Part shown: piece by piece, positions 43,370 through 54,983 of the stretch | Layout of the letters: every line of letters begins with the position of its first letter | Numbering within the stretch: the stretch's first letter is position 1 | Origin: Eledone cirrhosa | Taxonomy: Eukaryota | Direction of reading: 5' to 3' | Assembly: GCA_964016885.1 (NCBI GenBank) | Contig: OZ024746.1 | Coordinates: 47,306,001-47,370,000, forward strand | DNA length: 64,000 bases | Notes under the pieces: generated by a model | The model's database searches: none | What the model was told of the DNA's origin: nothing | Seen by the model: the letters and a program-made list of their open reading frames with translations, nothing else | Made by a program: the position numbers and the translations under genes

Positions 43370-44005
43370 CCAGATGTACTTGCGACTGGTACTCAGCTAG
43401 ACAGCGACTACTTGCGCATTGGTGTTTCTCTGAGGCTCGGCTTCCGCATATGTGAGCCTCACAAATACCGCTGCGGTACCACTGTGGATCCTTTCGGGCT
43501 ATACCAACTGTCGTGTCATTATAGTGCTGGTCATTTCCCACACAATGCTTCTCTCAACGAGATCATACAGCAAGGCCTGGACGGCGCAGGCTTCCCTTCC
43601 CAGCTCGAGAGAGCAGCGCTGGACCGAGGGGACTGCAAAAGGCCATACGGTATTACAATCTTCCTGTTCCGCTGGGATAGGCCCCTCTCATCTGGAATAC
43701 CACATGCTGTGACACATACTCAAGTGGCAACATAATGCGTTAGGTTCCCAACCCAGGCTCTGCTGCCCGCCAAGCCAAAGAGGGCAAACTGTCCAAGTAT
43801 CGGTCGTTTTCAGATAGGTTTGTGGTAGAGCCTGTAGCAGTGGAGACTTCCGGCGTTCTTGGCCCCCGGCCCATTTCCCTACTCACTGCTATCGGAGTGG
43901 AGTTGGTCGCTCGCAGGTGCGAGCCCCGCGAGGTGGTGTAGCTGCTCCAGCGCGTCTCCCTCACCGTCTTCCGGGGCAATGTATTCTTCATCCTGTCGGA
44001 TGAGA
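43370..44005 (+). mobile_element. Decayed CRE-like non-LTR retrotransposon 3' fragment (zinc finger plus restriction-like endonuclease)
   Basis: LRIGVSLRLGFRICEPHKYRCG..VDPFGL..LSC..GHFPHNASLNEII..DRGDCKRPYGITIF, then PVAVETSGVLGP and QRVSLTVFRGN: degenerate CCHC and RPDG/PD-(D/E)xK motifs typical of CRE-clade elements; frameshifted. Confidence 0.8.
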
Positions 44006-44263
<258 letters not shown>

Positions 44264-44582
44264 ACACAGGAATGTTAACGCAAAAATAACAATCCGAAAA
44301 GATCGGACACAGGGAGAGTTATTTAACTTTTCGGAAACAGATCCTTTTTCTTAGAATAGAAAGAGAGAAAGTATGAGAAATTGAAAGACCGGAAACAACA
44401 GAAGCAGATTCAAGAAGAGCGTAGAATATTATTCCAGGTGTATTCCAGGTATATGGTCACTGCTGAAATTAACCGGAAATAAGAATATATATTTATATTG
44501 CAAAGAAGTGGGAATAGAGAGACGAAGCTCACGAGAAAGCAGAACAAAGTGATTAGAAGTTGATACGAATGAGAAAGGAAGT

Positions 44583-44587
<5 letters not shown>

Positions 44588-44658
<71 letters not shown>
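44588..44658. repeat. (GA)n microsatellite
   Basis: Read directly. Confidence 0.97.
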
Positions 44659-44662
<4 letters not shown>

Positions 44663-44899
44663 AACAGACAGAAAGACAGACAGATAGACGGACAGGGAGA
44701 GAACGGAAATTAAAGAAATCTTCAGTTTTTAAAATAGATTTCGCATGTTTTTGAACTGGGTGATTTCAAATAATAGAATATCTTTTCAATATCTCAATAT
44801 CTCAATGTTTCAATATTTCAATGTAAACCTCTCCTCGTTATTCTTGTCAAATGCATTGATGTTTTTCTTCTAATGAACTTTTATAGTCAAATATTGAAA

Positions 44900-46000
44900 A
44901 AGTACATAGTGGGCTTTACGCGATTTATATATATCTTGTGGTCCAACCGAAGGGTCATATGATCATTGTTATACAATATGGTTGCCAATTCGATAAAGTA
45001 GCTTGGTTATCAGTTGAATAACTCTTTCAGGGAAGAAGGACCACCTGCAATTTCGGCATTTCTTAGATAAAATCTTTAGTAGAAAACTTCATTATTGGAC
45101 CTCACCGACATATTATAATGGCGGAAAATTCTCACATGTTGGAAATTTGATAAAGATAATAATTCGAAAAAGAGGCTTAACAATTTTGCTGAATAATGGT
45201 TTCACATTAAGCCACTACGCATTTATAGTGTAAAACTGATAGAATATTTTGTCTTCATTGTTTCAAATTAGAGAGTTAAATCGACGAAGAGTAAGATTAA
45301 TGTTTTCACTCATTTTAAATGTCGAGCATCGCTGAGAAGTTAGGCGAAAGGAAGTTTACTCAACTTTCTTGGGCGTTCCTAAATACGTTTAACCAGCAAA
45401 ATAGATATACTATGGGCACTGATAATAACGAAGAGGGATTCCATTTGGATCAGTGAGCAAAATGAAATTTATCAAGAATTAAAACAATGCACAACATCAC
45501 GGAAATCTTCTATTTATGTTAATACCAGTCTTGTTGGATTGTTTGTCGTATTGGTATAACATGAATCCAGAGTCAGATAGCACGTTATTTCCTACACTTT
45601 CAATGCATTTTAATAAATCGTAAAACAATATTGTCAAACTGAAAAGGAAGGTTCTGCTTTGGTGTGGGGAAATAAAAACCCTATGTATATATATGGATGA
45701 CGATTCAACATCTTCAGTGATCATTAATTTCTCTTAATGTTAGTTAATCATCATCCTTCACGAGAAAGTCTCTGTTGTAGCTTAGAATAATGTCTTATCA
45801 ACTACATCTTATAAAGAGCCTCAACAATGCAGCAAATATAATGTCACGTCAACCAATAGCAACATCAGAGTATGTTCATGAAGATGACTATTATGAACGA
45901 TGTGTAAATTTCGTTATTTTAAAAGGAATTCCTAAATCCATGACTACATATAATTTGTTAAAACATTCATCGAAAATATTTGCCTATTAATTGAGAGTAT
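44900..46000 (+). mobile_element. Highly decayed Ty3/Gypsy pol remnant (RT end, RNase H, linker)
   Basis: Fragments QYCQTEKEGSALVWG..YIYG*RFNIFSDH (RNase H consensus YSQTEKEALAIVW..FTIxTDH) and NNAANIMSRQP..VNFVILKGIPKSMT (NxxADxLSRxP plus linker). Boundaries approximate. Confidence 0.65.
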
Positions 46001-46921
46001 ACAGAGTAATCGGTTATCTTTCAACGATAAAATCAAATCCATGGAATGGATAATAGAAAGCAGCTTTTAAGAAAAAATGCATGTCAGCCCAACATTTTAG
46101 TATCAAGATAGCTTAAGAGTGCAAACCTGTCAAAGAATCATCTGAACGGCATAGCCTTTGTCGATCGCCAAGAATAAACAAAGATGTATGAGAGGGAAAA
46201 TACTGTCCTTTACAAAAGAAGTGGTATGCATAAACATATATATCTGTGTGTGTGTGTGCCAAATCCTGAACATAAATACATCTATAACAAATCAAAGTTA
46301 CCCACAAACAAGCTCACACATAAGACCCTTAACGCATAAGGAAAGTAAATGACACTCAACCTTTTAAGCCACATTCCAACCTTATGGGGAAAATTAACGT
46401 TACGACAGATGTTATGGTTACATAACCGTATTCATTACATATTACATATTTCAGATACATCAGTGGACAGCTTTTATGCAATGAGGCACCGGTGTGACAT
46501 CATCAGATATTAACACAATTATGTGAATAAATTTGGGGTAAGTTGATATCCATGTTTGCGAAAGTCCAGGGTGCAGTCGTTATGCAATCATTACAAAAGC
46601 AAAGGTGCCAGTTGCTTTTGTAATGATTGAATAACGACGGTACACTCTGTCACAGAAATACGTATAATACAATAAATACGATTCTGCAACCATAGCGCTA
46701 ATTAATAGAAAGAAACTCCATTGTGTTTGATCGCCATCTTAATACAGAATATATCCAACTGATGTGGAGTGATATGATTTGCTTCCATTTGTTTATCAAT
46801 GAGACGTCACACGCACTTCTCACGGATAAGCAACTTTGTATCAGTAATTAGCAACTATGTATATGTGTGTGTGCGTGTGAATGTGCCTGCGTGTGTGTGC
46901 GTGTATGTGCGTGTGCATATG

Positions 46922-46961
<40 letters not shown>

Positions 46962-46985
46962 ATCAAAAGATGGTTAAAAGAGTTC

Positions 46986-47070
46986 CATGTATTTTATTAT
47001 GCGCATTTCAAAAAAAAATATCATCATGCAATATCATTTGCGTTTTCGTCAGATAAAATAGGGAGACATG
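46986..47070 (-). ncRNA. Type I hammerhead ribozyme (mirror of 51442-51526)
   Basis: Reverse complement of the + strand motif; one substitution in the stem II region. Confidence 0.8.
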
Positions 47071-48044
47071 ATATGAAGGTAAAAACACACTTGTGAATAG
47101 TGCAGTTTTAAATCAACATATGAAAAGTAGTTTTAGATTGATGTGTGATATTGGGAAAAAAATTGAGGGGTGGGTGGGTGGAAAGGATGAAAAAGAGGAG
47201 GAGATGAGAGTAAAAAGTGGAGGGGAGGAGTATAATGAGGAAGGATGAGATAGGAGGAGAGATGGGTGATAGAGAGAGAGATAGCTTTTATAACTGAGAA
47301 AAATATATTGTTTTACATAGAGAGGTTGAAAAACCGTTGGAAGATAATATATAAATTAAAAGAATTTGAAAATTAACGAAGAGAAAAATTTAGAATAATG
47401 TTAAATTAAGGTTTGTATATTTAAGGGTTTAATAATATGTACGATGAAAAGAAATTGTTAATATGTATTAAGAATAATATTTAAGGGTTTAATAATATGT
47501 GCGATGGAAAGAAATTGTTGATATGTATTATTAAAAAATATAAAAATATAGCAATAGTAATGTAATTAAGGATATATTGTGAAAGAAGTAGAAGAGTGGA
47601 TGAATAAGTGTAATATGTATAAGTTAGATGAGCATGAAAGGGAGAAAAAATAATGAATTGATGATGAATAATCTAACGTCAAAAAAATTTTTATGTTTAC
47701 GAAGGATTTTTTCAAGGTGATATAAAGTAAGAATATATTGTGCTGAGAAATAATTGTTTCTACGTTAGCCACAATGATAATTGAGAGGTATCTAGGAAGA
47801 AAAGGTACAGATTAGGGGTTAGAAATTAAAAGAAAAAGAAAAAAAGAAAAGAAAAAAGGAAAAAAGAAAGAAAGGGTAGTGATAAATAGGAGTGATATAG
47901 AATGAGCAACTAGTATTATATAATGTATAATAAATAACATTGAAATAAGGTAGAAAGATGGGTATATTTTTAAAGAAATATATATGTATATATATATATA
48001 TGTGCCTTTGAGAAAAGGATTTTAAATTGATAAAGTATTAGATA

Positions 48045-49370
48045 TTAGCTGTATACTTTATGGAATGTTCTGTGGAATTTATGCAAGCAGAGAGAAAACA
48101 AGTCAGTGCGTCTATTTATTATAGAATCTAAATTAGATATAATGGTAAATTTTTCACATAAACAGAGATTGCATGTCTTGGATAGAGAACTATTCAAGTA
48201 TAGAGAAGCAGAACAAACCTTCTTCCAAGAGATGTTATAGTTAATATTTTTGTCTTTCAAGGACCATATGAGTTCTGAGAGTGCCGTGTTGGTTCTTTTA
48301 AGTTGGTATTTAAAAGACGAATGATGATTATAAAGACGAGCTTTAAAGGAGGTGGAAGTGGAGCCAAAATAGGTAAAGGAATTGGTGTCAGTTATAACTT
48401 TACATTCGTAGATTAAGTTTTTTTCAAGACAATGGTTGTTGAGAGGACATTTATTTTTAACAGGGCAATTGCAATTGCGATTAGAGAGATTAACAGAGTT
48501 ATTAAGTGACCTAGTGTTATCTGTAGAAGGGATTGGATTGGAGAAGTTATTTACGATAGGAATAATAGTTTCTTGATTTAGAATGGGATTAAGAACATTT
48601 AGCGAAGTTGCGTTTGACGTTGTATTTGGGTTTGCAGAAATTAGCCTAGAGTTAACAATGACGTCGGGAGTACTATTACTATTATTATGATATTCAGTGT
48701 TGGAAGGAAGAGATTTAGTATTTAGTATTTTATTGTTGTGTTTAGAGATAATGTTGGAGATGTTGGAGGAGGTCGAATAGGAAAATTTTATAGTGTGTTT
48801 GTTAAATATTTTACTATAGATATGTGAGGGAGGGAAGCATTTATTTAAGGCATTAAAGAATAATTTAGGAATATTATTATTAATAGAGATGGAGAAAGGA
48901 GCATTATACCAGATTATGTTTTTGTATCTAGGTCTTTTATTAAAGTTATTGGAATGATCATGATTAATTATTCTACTGTAAGATCTTCTAGAATTTGTTT
49001 CTTTACTATATTTGATTTTATCAGGATAACCGGCTTTAGAAAGCGCGTTATTATAGTAATTGGCGTTAGCATCAAAGATGTTTTTATTAGAAGATAGGTT
49101 AGATATTCTTTTTCCAATATTACTAACTATAGCATTCTTAATATTAGTGGGGTGGTTAGATTTAAAATTAACATAATTTAGGTTCTCATCGTTTTTATGG
49201 TAAGGGTAATATAGGCCAGTGTCAAGATTAAGAGATACATCCAAGAAATTAGCTAGTTTGATGCTGTTATCAAATTCAATTTTTAAGTTATGTTGGTTAA
49301 AGAGATTACGTATATTGTTCTTAATAATGTTAATTTTAAATCTAATTATGTTAATTTTAAATCTAACCAC
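48045..49370 (-). CDS. PLE polyprotein C-terminal part: RT end/thumb, CxCx5Cx5C linker and GIY-YIG endonuclease (5'-truncated)
   Basis: NFLDVSL..YHK..YVNFKSNHP (PLE RT motif E and thumb), IIWYNAPFS, CNCPVKNKCPLNNHC, LIY..YFGST..FKARLYNH, CNLC..EK, C-terminal CLHK. The start is a truncation artefact. Confidence 0.88.
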   Translation of the reverse strand: MVRFKINIIRFKINIIKNNIRNLFNQHNLKIEFDNSIKLANFLDVSLNLDTGLYYPYHKNDENLNYVNFKSNHPTNIKNAIVSNIGKRISNLSSNKNIFDANANYYNNALSKAGYPDKIKYSKETNSRRSYSRIINHDHSNNFNKRPRYKNIIWYNAPFSISINNNIPKLFFNALNKCFPPSHIYSKIFNKHTIKFSYSTSSNISNIISKHNNKILNTKSLPSNTEYHNNSNSTPDVIVNSRLISANPNTTSNATSLNVLNPILNQETIIPIVNNFSNPIPSTDNTRSLNNSVNLSNRNCNCPVKNKCPLNNHCLEKNLIYECKVITDTNSFTYFGSTSTSFKARLYNHHSSFKYQLKRTNTALSELIWSLKDKNINYNISWKKVCSASLYLNSSLSKTCNLCLCEKFTIISNLDSIINRRTDLFSLCLHKFHRTFHKVYS

Positions 49371-49375
49371 CCCAC

Positions 49376-50467
49376 TTGATTAAGAATGCTATAGTTAGTA
49401 ATATTGGAAAAAGAATATCTAACCTATCTTTTAATAAAAACATCTTTGATGTTAACGCCAATTACTATAATAACGCGCTTTCTAATCCTGATAAAATCAA
49501 ATATAGTAAAGAAACAAATTCTAGAAGATCTTACAGTAGAATAATTAATCATGATCATTCCAATAACTTTAATAAAAGACCTAGATACAAAAACATAATC
49601 TGGTATAATGCTCCTTTCTCCATCTCTATTAATAATAATATTCCTAAATTATTCTTTAATGCCTTAAATAAATGCTTCCCTCCCTCACATATATATAGTA
49701 AAATATTTAACAAACACACTATAAAATGTTCCTATTCGACCTCCTCCAACATCTCCAACATTATCTCTAAACACAACAATAAAATACTAAATACTAAATC
49801 TCTTCATTCCAACACTGAATATCATAATAATAGTAATAGTACTCCCGACGTCATTGTTAACTCTAGGCTAATTTCTGCAAACCCAAATACAACGTCAAAC
49901 GCAACTTCGCTAAATGTTCTTAATCCCATTCTAAATCAAGAAACTATTATTCCTGTCGTAAATAACTTCTCCAATCCAATCCCTTCTACAGATAACACTA
50001 GGTCACTTAATAACTCTGTTAATCTCTCTAATCGCAATTGCAATTGCCCTGTTAAAAATAAATGTCCTCTCAACAACCATTGTCTTGAAAAAAACTTAAT
50101 CTACGAATGTAAAGTTATAACTGACACCAATTCCTTTACCTATTTTGGCTCCACTTCCACCTCCTTTAAAGCTCGTCTTTATAATCATCATTCGTCTTTT
50201 AAATACCAACTTAAAAGAACCAACACGGCACTCTCAGAACTCATATGGTCCTTGAAAGACAAAAATATTAACTATAACATCTCTTGGAAGAAGGTTTGTT
50301 CTGCTTCTCTATACTTGAATAGTTCTCTATCCAAGACATGCAATCTCTGTTTATGTGAAAAATTTACCATTATATCTAATTTAGATTCTATAATAAATAG
50401 ACGCACTGACTTGTTTTCTCTCTGCTTGCATAAATTCCACAGAACATTCCATAAAGTATACAGCTAA
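49376..50467 (+). CDS. Second, shorter inverted copy of the same PLE ORF
   Basis: Nearly identical protein; 9-nt in-frame deletion (SKAGYPD to SNPD) and a few substitutions. Confidence 0.88.
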   Translation: MIKNAIVSNIGKRISNLSFNKNIFDVNANYYNNALSNPDKIKYSKETNSRRSYSRIINHDHSNNFNKRPRYKNIIWYNAPFSISINNNIPKLFFNALNKCFPPSHIYSKIFNKHTIKCSYSTSSNISNIISKHNNKILNTKSLHSNTEYHNNSNSTPDVIVNSRLISANPNTTSNATSLNVLNPILNQETIIPVVNNFSNPIPSTDNTRSLNNSVNLSNRNCNCPVKNKCPLNNHCLEKNLIYECKVITDTNSFTYFGSTSTSFKARLYNHHSSFKYQLKRTNTALSELIWSLKDKNINYNISWKKVCSASLYLNSSLSKTCNLCLCEKFTIISNLDSIINRRTDLFSLCLHKFHRTFHKVYS

Positions 50468-51441
50468 TATCTAATACTTTATCAATTTAAAATCCTTTTC
50501 TCAAAGGCACATATATATATATATACATATATATTTCTTTAAAAATATACCCATCTTTCTACCTTATTTCAATGTTATTTATTATACATTATATAATACT
50601 AGTTACTCATTCTATATCACTCCTATTTATCACTATCCTTTCTTTCTTTTTTCCTTTTTTCTTTTCTTTTTTTCTTTTTCTTTTAATTTCTAACCCCTAA
50701 TCTGTACCTTTTCTTCCTAGATACCTCTCAATTATCATTGTGGCTAACGTAGAAACAATTATTTCTCAGCACAATATATTCTTACTTTATATCACCTTGA
50801 AAAAATCCTTCGTAAACATAAAAATTTTTTTGACGTTAGATTATTCATCATCAATTCATTATTTTTTCTCCCTTTCATGCTCATCTAACTTATACATATT
50901 ACACTTATTCATCCACTCTTCTACTTCTTTCACAATATATCCTTAATTACATTACTATTGCTATATTTTTATATTTTTTAATAATACATATCAACAATTT
51001 CTTTCCATCGCACATATTATTAAACCCTTAAATATTATTCTTAATACATATTAACAATTTCTTTTCATCGTACATATTATTAAACCCTTAAATATACAAA
51101 CCTTAATTTAACATTATTCTAAATTTTTCTCTTCGTTAATTTTCAAATTCTTTTAATTTATATATTATCTTCCAACGGTTTTTCAACCTCTCTATGTAAA
51201 ACAATATATTTTTCTCAGTTATAAAAGCTATCTCTCTCTCTATCACCCATCTCTCCTCCTATCTCATCCTTCCTCATTATACTCCTCCCCTCCACTTTTT
51301 ACTCTCATCTCCTCCTCTTTTTCATCCTTTCCACCCACCCACCCCTCAATTTTTTTCCCAATATCACACATCAATCTAAAACTACTTTTCATATGTTGAT
51401 TTAAAACTGCACTATTCACAAGTGTGTTTTTACCTTCATAT

Positions 51442-51526
51442 CATGTCTCCCTATTTTATCTGACGAAAACGCAAATGTTATTGCATGATGATATTTTTTT
51501 TTGAAATGCGCATAATAAAATACATG
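51442..51526 (+). ncRNA. Type I hammerhead ribozyme in the PLE 3' terminal region
   Basis: Stem I tattttat (51452-59) / ataaaata (51515-22), extended by catg/catg past a bulge; core CTGACGA 51460-66; GAAA 51503-06; palindromic stem III tgcgca; AUA cleavage triplet ending 51514. Confidence 0.8.
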
Positions 51527-51645
51527 GAACTCTTTTAACCATCTTTTGATCTTATATATTATTTATACTCCAGTCCTACAAACTGTAGAGTGCTACTTAT
51601 CCGATATCTGCATTGCTTTATTGTACTACAATAAAACTCACCTCC

Positions 51646-51703
<58 letters not shown>

Positions 51704-52024
51704 GAGAGTGCGGGGAGAGAGAGATGGAGGCAATATAATAACAGAAAGTCTGAAGGAGGAAAGTCAAATAAAACTAATGCTTCCTGCAGAGAAAATATAT
51801 TGTGTCTTATATTCTGATATAAACTAAATTGACAGCGAATATAACTCATTTTGTGTCTTTTGTGGGTTTTTTTTACATTTCCGTTTCAATATTTTTGCCG
51901 TGTTTTTATTATATTCTTGTAGCCATTTCGACTCAACGTTTTATATTACTCCTTCTCCCTGTTATTTTCTAGAGATATTGGAGGAATATATAAGACAGGT
52001 ACAACATTTTACTGGCTCGTGAAG

Positions 52025-52290
52025 GTGGGTGGCGTAGTGGTTATGGTGCTGGGATCACGATGGTGAGTGGTGAGTTTGATTATAATCAAACTCACCACTT
52101 GCTCCAGTCAGCTCAGCTGAAAAACAGTAGTTGTACCTTTTATTCAAAGTGCCAGCTTTTCCAGACTCTCTATCAGGCGGAAACTTCCTGAGAAATACGT
52201 TGTGAGTATACGTGTCTGTGAAATACCTACTTTATGATATGTGTCAGCCATTTCAACGTTAAAATCACGAGCAGGCTGTTCCGTTGAGAA
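52025..52290 (+). mobile_element. Diverged tRNA-derived SINE (family 2) with an internal 34-bp palindrome
   Basis: Head gtggcgtagtggttatggtg; ttgctccagtcagctcagctgaaaa is shared with 63417-63441. Confidence 0.6.
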
Positions 52291-53075
52291 AACAAAAGCA
52301 AGTAGTGCTCCAACACAACTAACACCCCAAATATATTTCGAATATGGTTACAAACGAAATATTTAATACAAAGTGACATCTACAATTTAATGTGACTAAT
52401 TTCCATGTCCCTTGTGCTTTACAGTTTGAACTTCAACGTTATATATCGATATTAAGATGACAGAATAATAACGTTGATAAGTGTTTTTATGATCAAAATA
52501 TACAAACATATTTTCATAAATAAATAAAATTACTATCAGCTCCAGGGCCGACTCATGGTATGGCACACTGGGCTGTTTCCCGGAGCCCTACCTAGCTTAA
52601 TCTATGTATGCTGTTGTTGAGTATGTAGGGATACAATTCATTGCTTTGCATAGAAGCCTACTGAGTCAAGGGGCCCATTGCTCATCTATATGTAAGGGTT
52701 CCAATGCTGTCAAAACGGTTCTAGTCTGCTAAGCTTAATAGTGAACATTCTAAAAAGTAAAATTTCATTAGCTGGTTCTTCTAACAACTTATTCTGATAT
52801 TCTCTTTGTATTAGATATTTCATGGTATAGTAATTAATACATGAGGTTTATCTGTAGTATGGATAATATAGTGTTCTGGGTGGAGGTTATTACATCACAA
52901 CTGTCTTTTAATATTAATTGTTAATCCACATTGTTTTTATGAATATATATATATGTATATAAGTTGTAATAAAATGAAAACGAAATTTCATTTCTCACTC
53001 TTAGTACGGCACTTACTTAAATGTAAGTATGTATATATACGTACATACATATATGTATACAGACGTACAGTAGCA

Positions 53076-53148
<73 letters not shown>

Positions 53149-53295
53149 GTACACATACATATATGTACGTATCAGTTTAGCGGACGTTTATTATAACGCC
53201 CGCTTTGTCCGTTTGTAAACAAACTGACAGCCTGAATTTATGCCGTACGGTGTTAAGGCAACCACGTCACCTTTTTGTTCAACACTGACACAGGA

Positions 53296-53338
53296 ACGAT
53301 GTACTAGTTTCAAGCTTCTTAGCTATCATCAGCACCGT
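53296..53338 (-). ncRNA. Minimal type I hammerhead ribozyme (mirror copy)
   Basis: Exact reverse complement of 53559-53601. Confidence 0.85.
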
Positions 53339-53558
53339 ATACCCTTCTGCCAGATGGTTGAACGTTCGAAAGTATATACTTTCCTTATGAAAATTAACGG
53401 CTGAGCAGCCTAATTTGCATATCGAGTGAGTTCAGTCGGCCAGGCGCACCGAAAACGATAAGTTGTAATAAAATGAAAACGAAATTTCATTTCTCACTCT
53501 TAGTACGGCACTTACTTAAATGTAAGTATGTATGTTCAACCATCTGGCAGAAGGGTAT

Positions 53559-53601
53559 ACGGTGCTGATGATAGCTAAGAAGCTTGAAACTAGTACATCG
53601 T
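53559..53601 (+). ncRNA. Minimal type I hammerhead ribozyme
   Basis: acggtg-CTGATGA-t-agct(aaga)agct-t-GAAA-ctag-TA-catcgt: stem I 6 bp (one GU), perfect core, 4-bp stem II, palindromic stem III, GUA cleavage after 53595. Confidence 0.85.
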
Positions 53602-53751
53602 TCCTGTGTCAGTGTTGAACAAAAAGGTGACGTGGCTGCCTTAACACCGTACGGCATAAATTCAGGCTGTCAGTTTGTTTACAAACGGACAAAGCGGGCG
53701 TTATAATAAACGTCCGCTAAACTGATACGTACATATATGTATGTGTACCTG

Positions 53752-53839
<88 letters not shown>

Positions 53840-53895
53840 TGCTACTGTACGTCTGTATACATATATGTATGTACGTATACATACATACTTACATT

Positions 53896-53932
<37 letters not shown>

Positions 53933-53949
53933 ATTCATGTGTGTGTATT

Positions 53950-54072
<123 letters not shown>

Positions 54073-54983
54073 TACAGTCTCCCATACAGTTTCCGTCTAC
54101 AAAATGTTTACGAGCAATGAAATCGAACTCGGAATTCCATGGCTGTAAAGACTACACAGCTATACTTGTTCCTACCTGTGTGCAACGTTTTGCTGCTACT
54201 GTTGCTATTGTTGTTGTTTACCTTAGATCATCCCAGGCGTTCCAGTCGTAATTTTCTACTTTTTTGCATCTCTATAACTACATTGTCTGCGTCATTACTT
54301 TCTTAAAACACTAGAGTGTGGTTTGAGGGAAATTTCTTTAGAATCTATCTACATGAATGTATGTCTGAAAGGTCGTCATAACGCATCTATTTTATATTGA
54401 AAAAAAAAAAGCAACATTAAAGTGGTTGACCGATTCTCCTCGGTCAAACACCAACACTTACTCGATACCATTTTATCTTTAAATTGAATATTCAACGAAC
54501 GTTATTCTTCATTAATTTCAGTCTTGAGCAAAATATAGAAATGTTCAACGGCGCAACATTAATAATGAATTTAAAAAGAAATCAATATTTCTTGTTGTTT
54601 TGGCATTTAAGGTTTACCAGCATTGAAAAATTGGTGTAGTGCGAAAAAATAAAAGAACACTATGTAATATAATTGTGGATGGTTTGCTTTTCTTTTCTTT
54701 CTGTCTGTCTTTCGGTTTTTTTTTTGGCTTTCTCTATGTCTATGTCTGAGGATTAGTGTATATTTACATTGTACTTAACGCTTTGTGTACTTGCACTTTT
54801 CTTTTCTCTTTTTCCTCTCTCCCTCTCTCTCTCTTTCAATCTACACGCACACATACACACGCACATACACAGACACACACACATATATATATATATGTGT
54901 GTGTGTGTGTAGCCCAGGTTCAATCTTGGGTAACCACAGTAAGTAAAGTACTGAATACACAGTAGAGTATATACAATATTTAA

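Larger units (their letters stand above)
46953..51558. mobile_element. Penelope-like element inserted as a 4.6-kb inverted pair (two 5'-truncated copies facing outward)
   Basis: Arms 46953-49142 and 49379-51558 are near-identical reverse complements around a 236-bp spacer; left end abuts (TA)n; each arm has a GIY-YIG ORF, a ~1.1-kb 3' region and a hammerhead motif. Confidence 0.93.
52959..53897. mobile_element. Non-coding hammerhead-containing element: ~1.15 tandem copies of a 499-bp unit plus an inverted partial copy (retrozyme-like or non-autonomous PLE)
   Basis: Direct repeat 52959-53034 = 53458-53533; inverted repeat 53018-53363 vs 53534-53897; (TA)-rich flanks; no ORF. Confidence 0.75.

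Noticed and set aside
48045-50467. Naiad-type or selenoprotein-encoding PLE
   Set aside because: The endonuclease is C-terminal, not N-terminal, and there are no in-frame TGA codons.
52543-52723. hAT-like ends (cagggccg...; also caggggcgg at 55321)
   Set aside because: No convincing matching TIR or 8-bp TSD.
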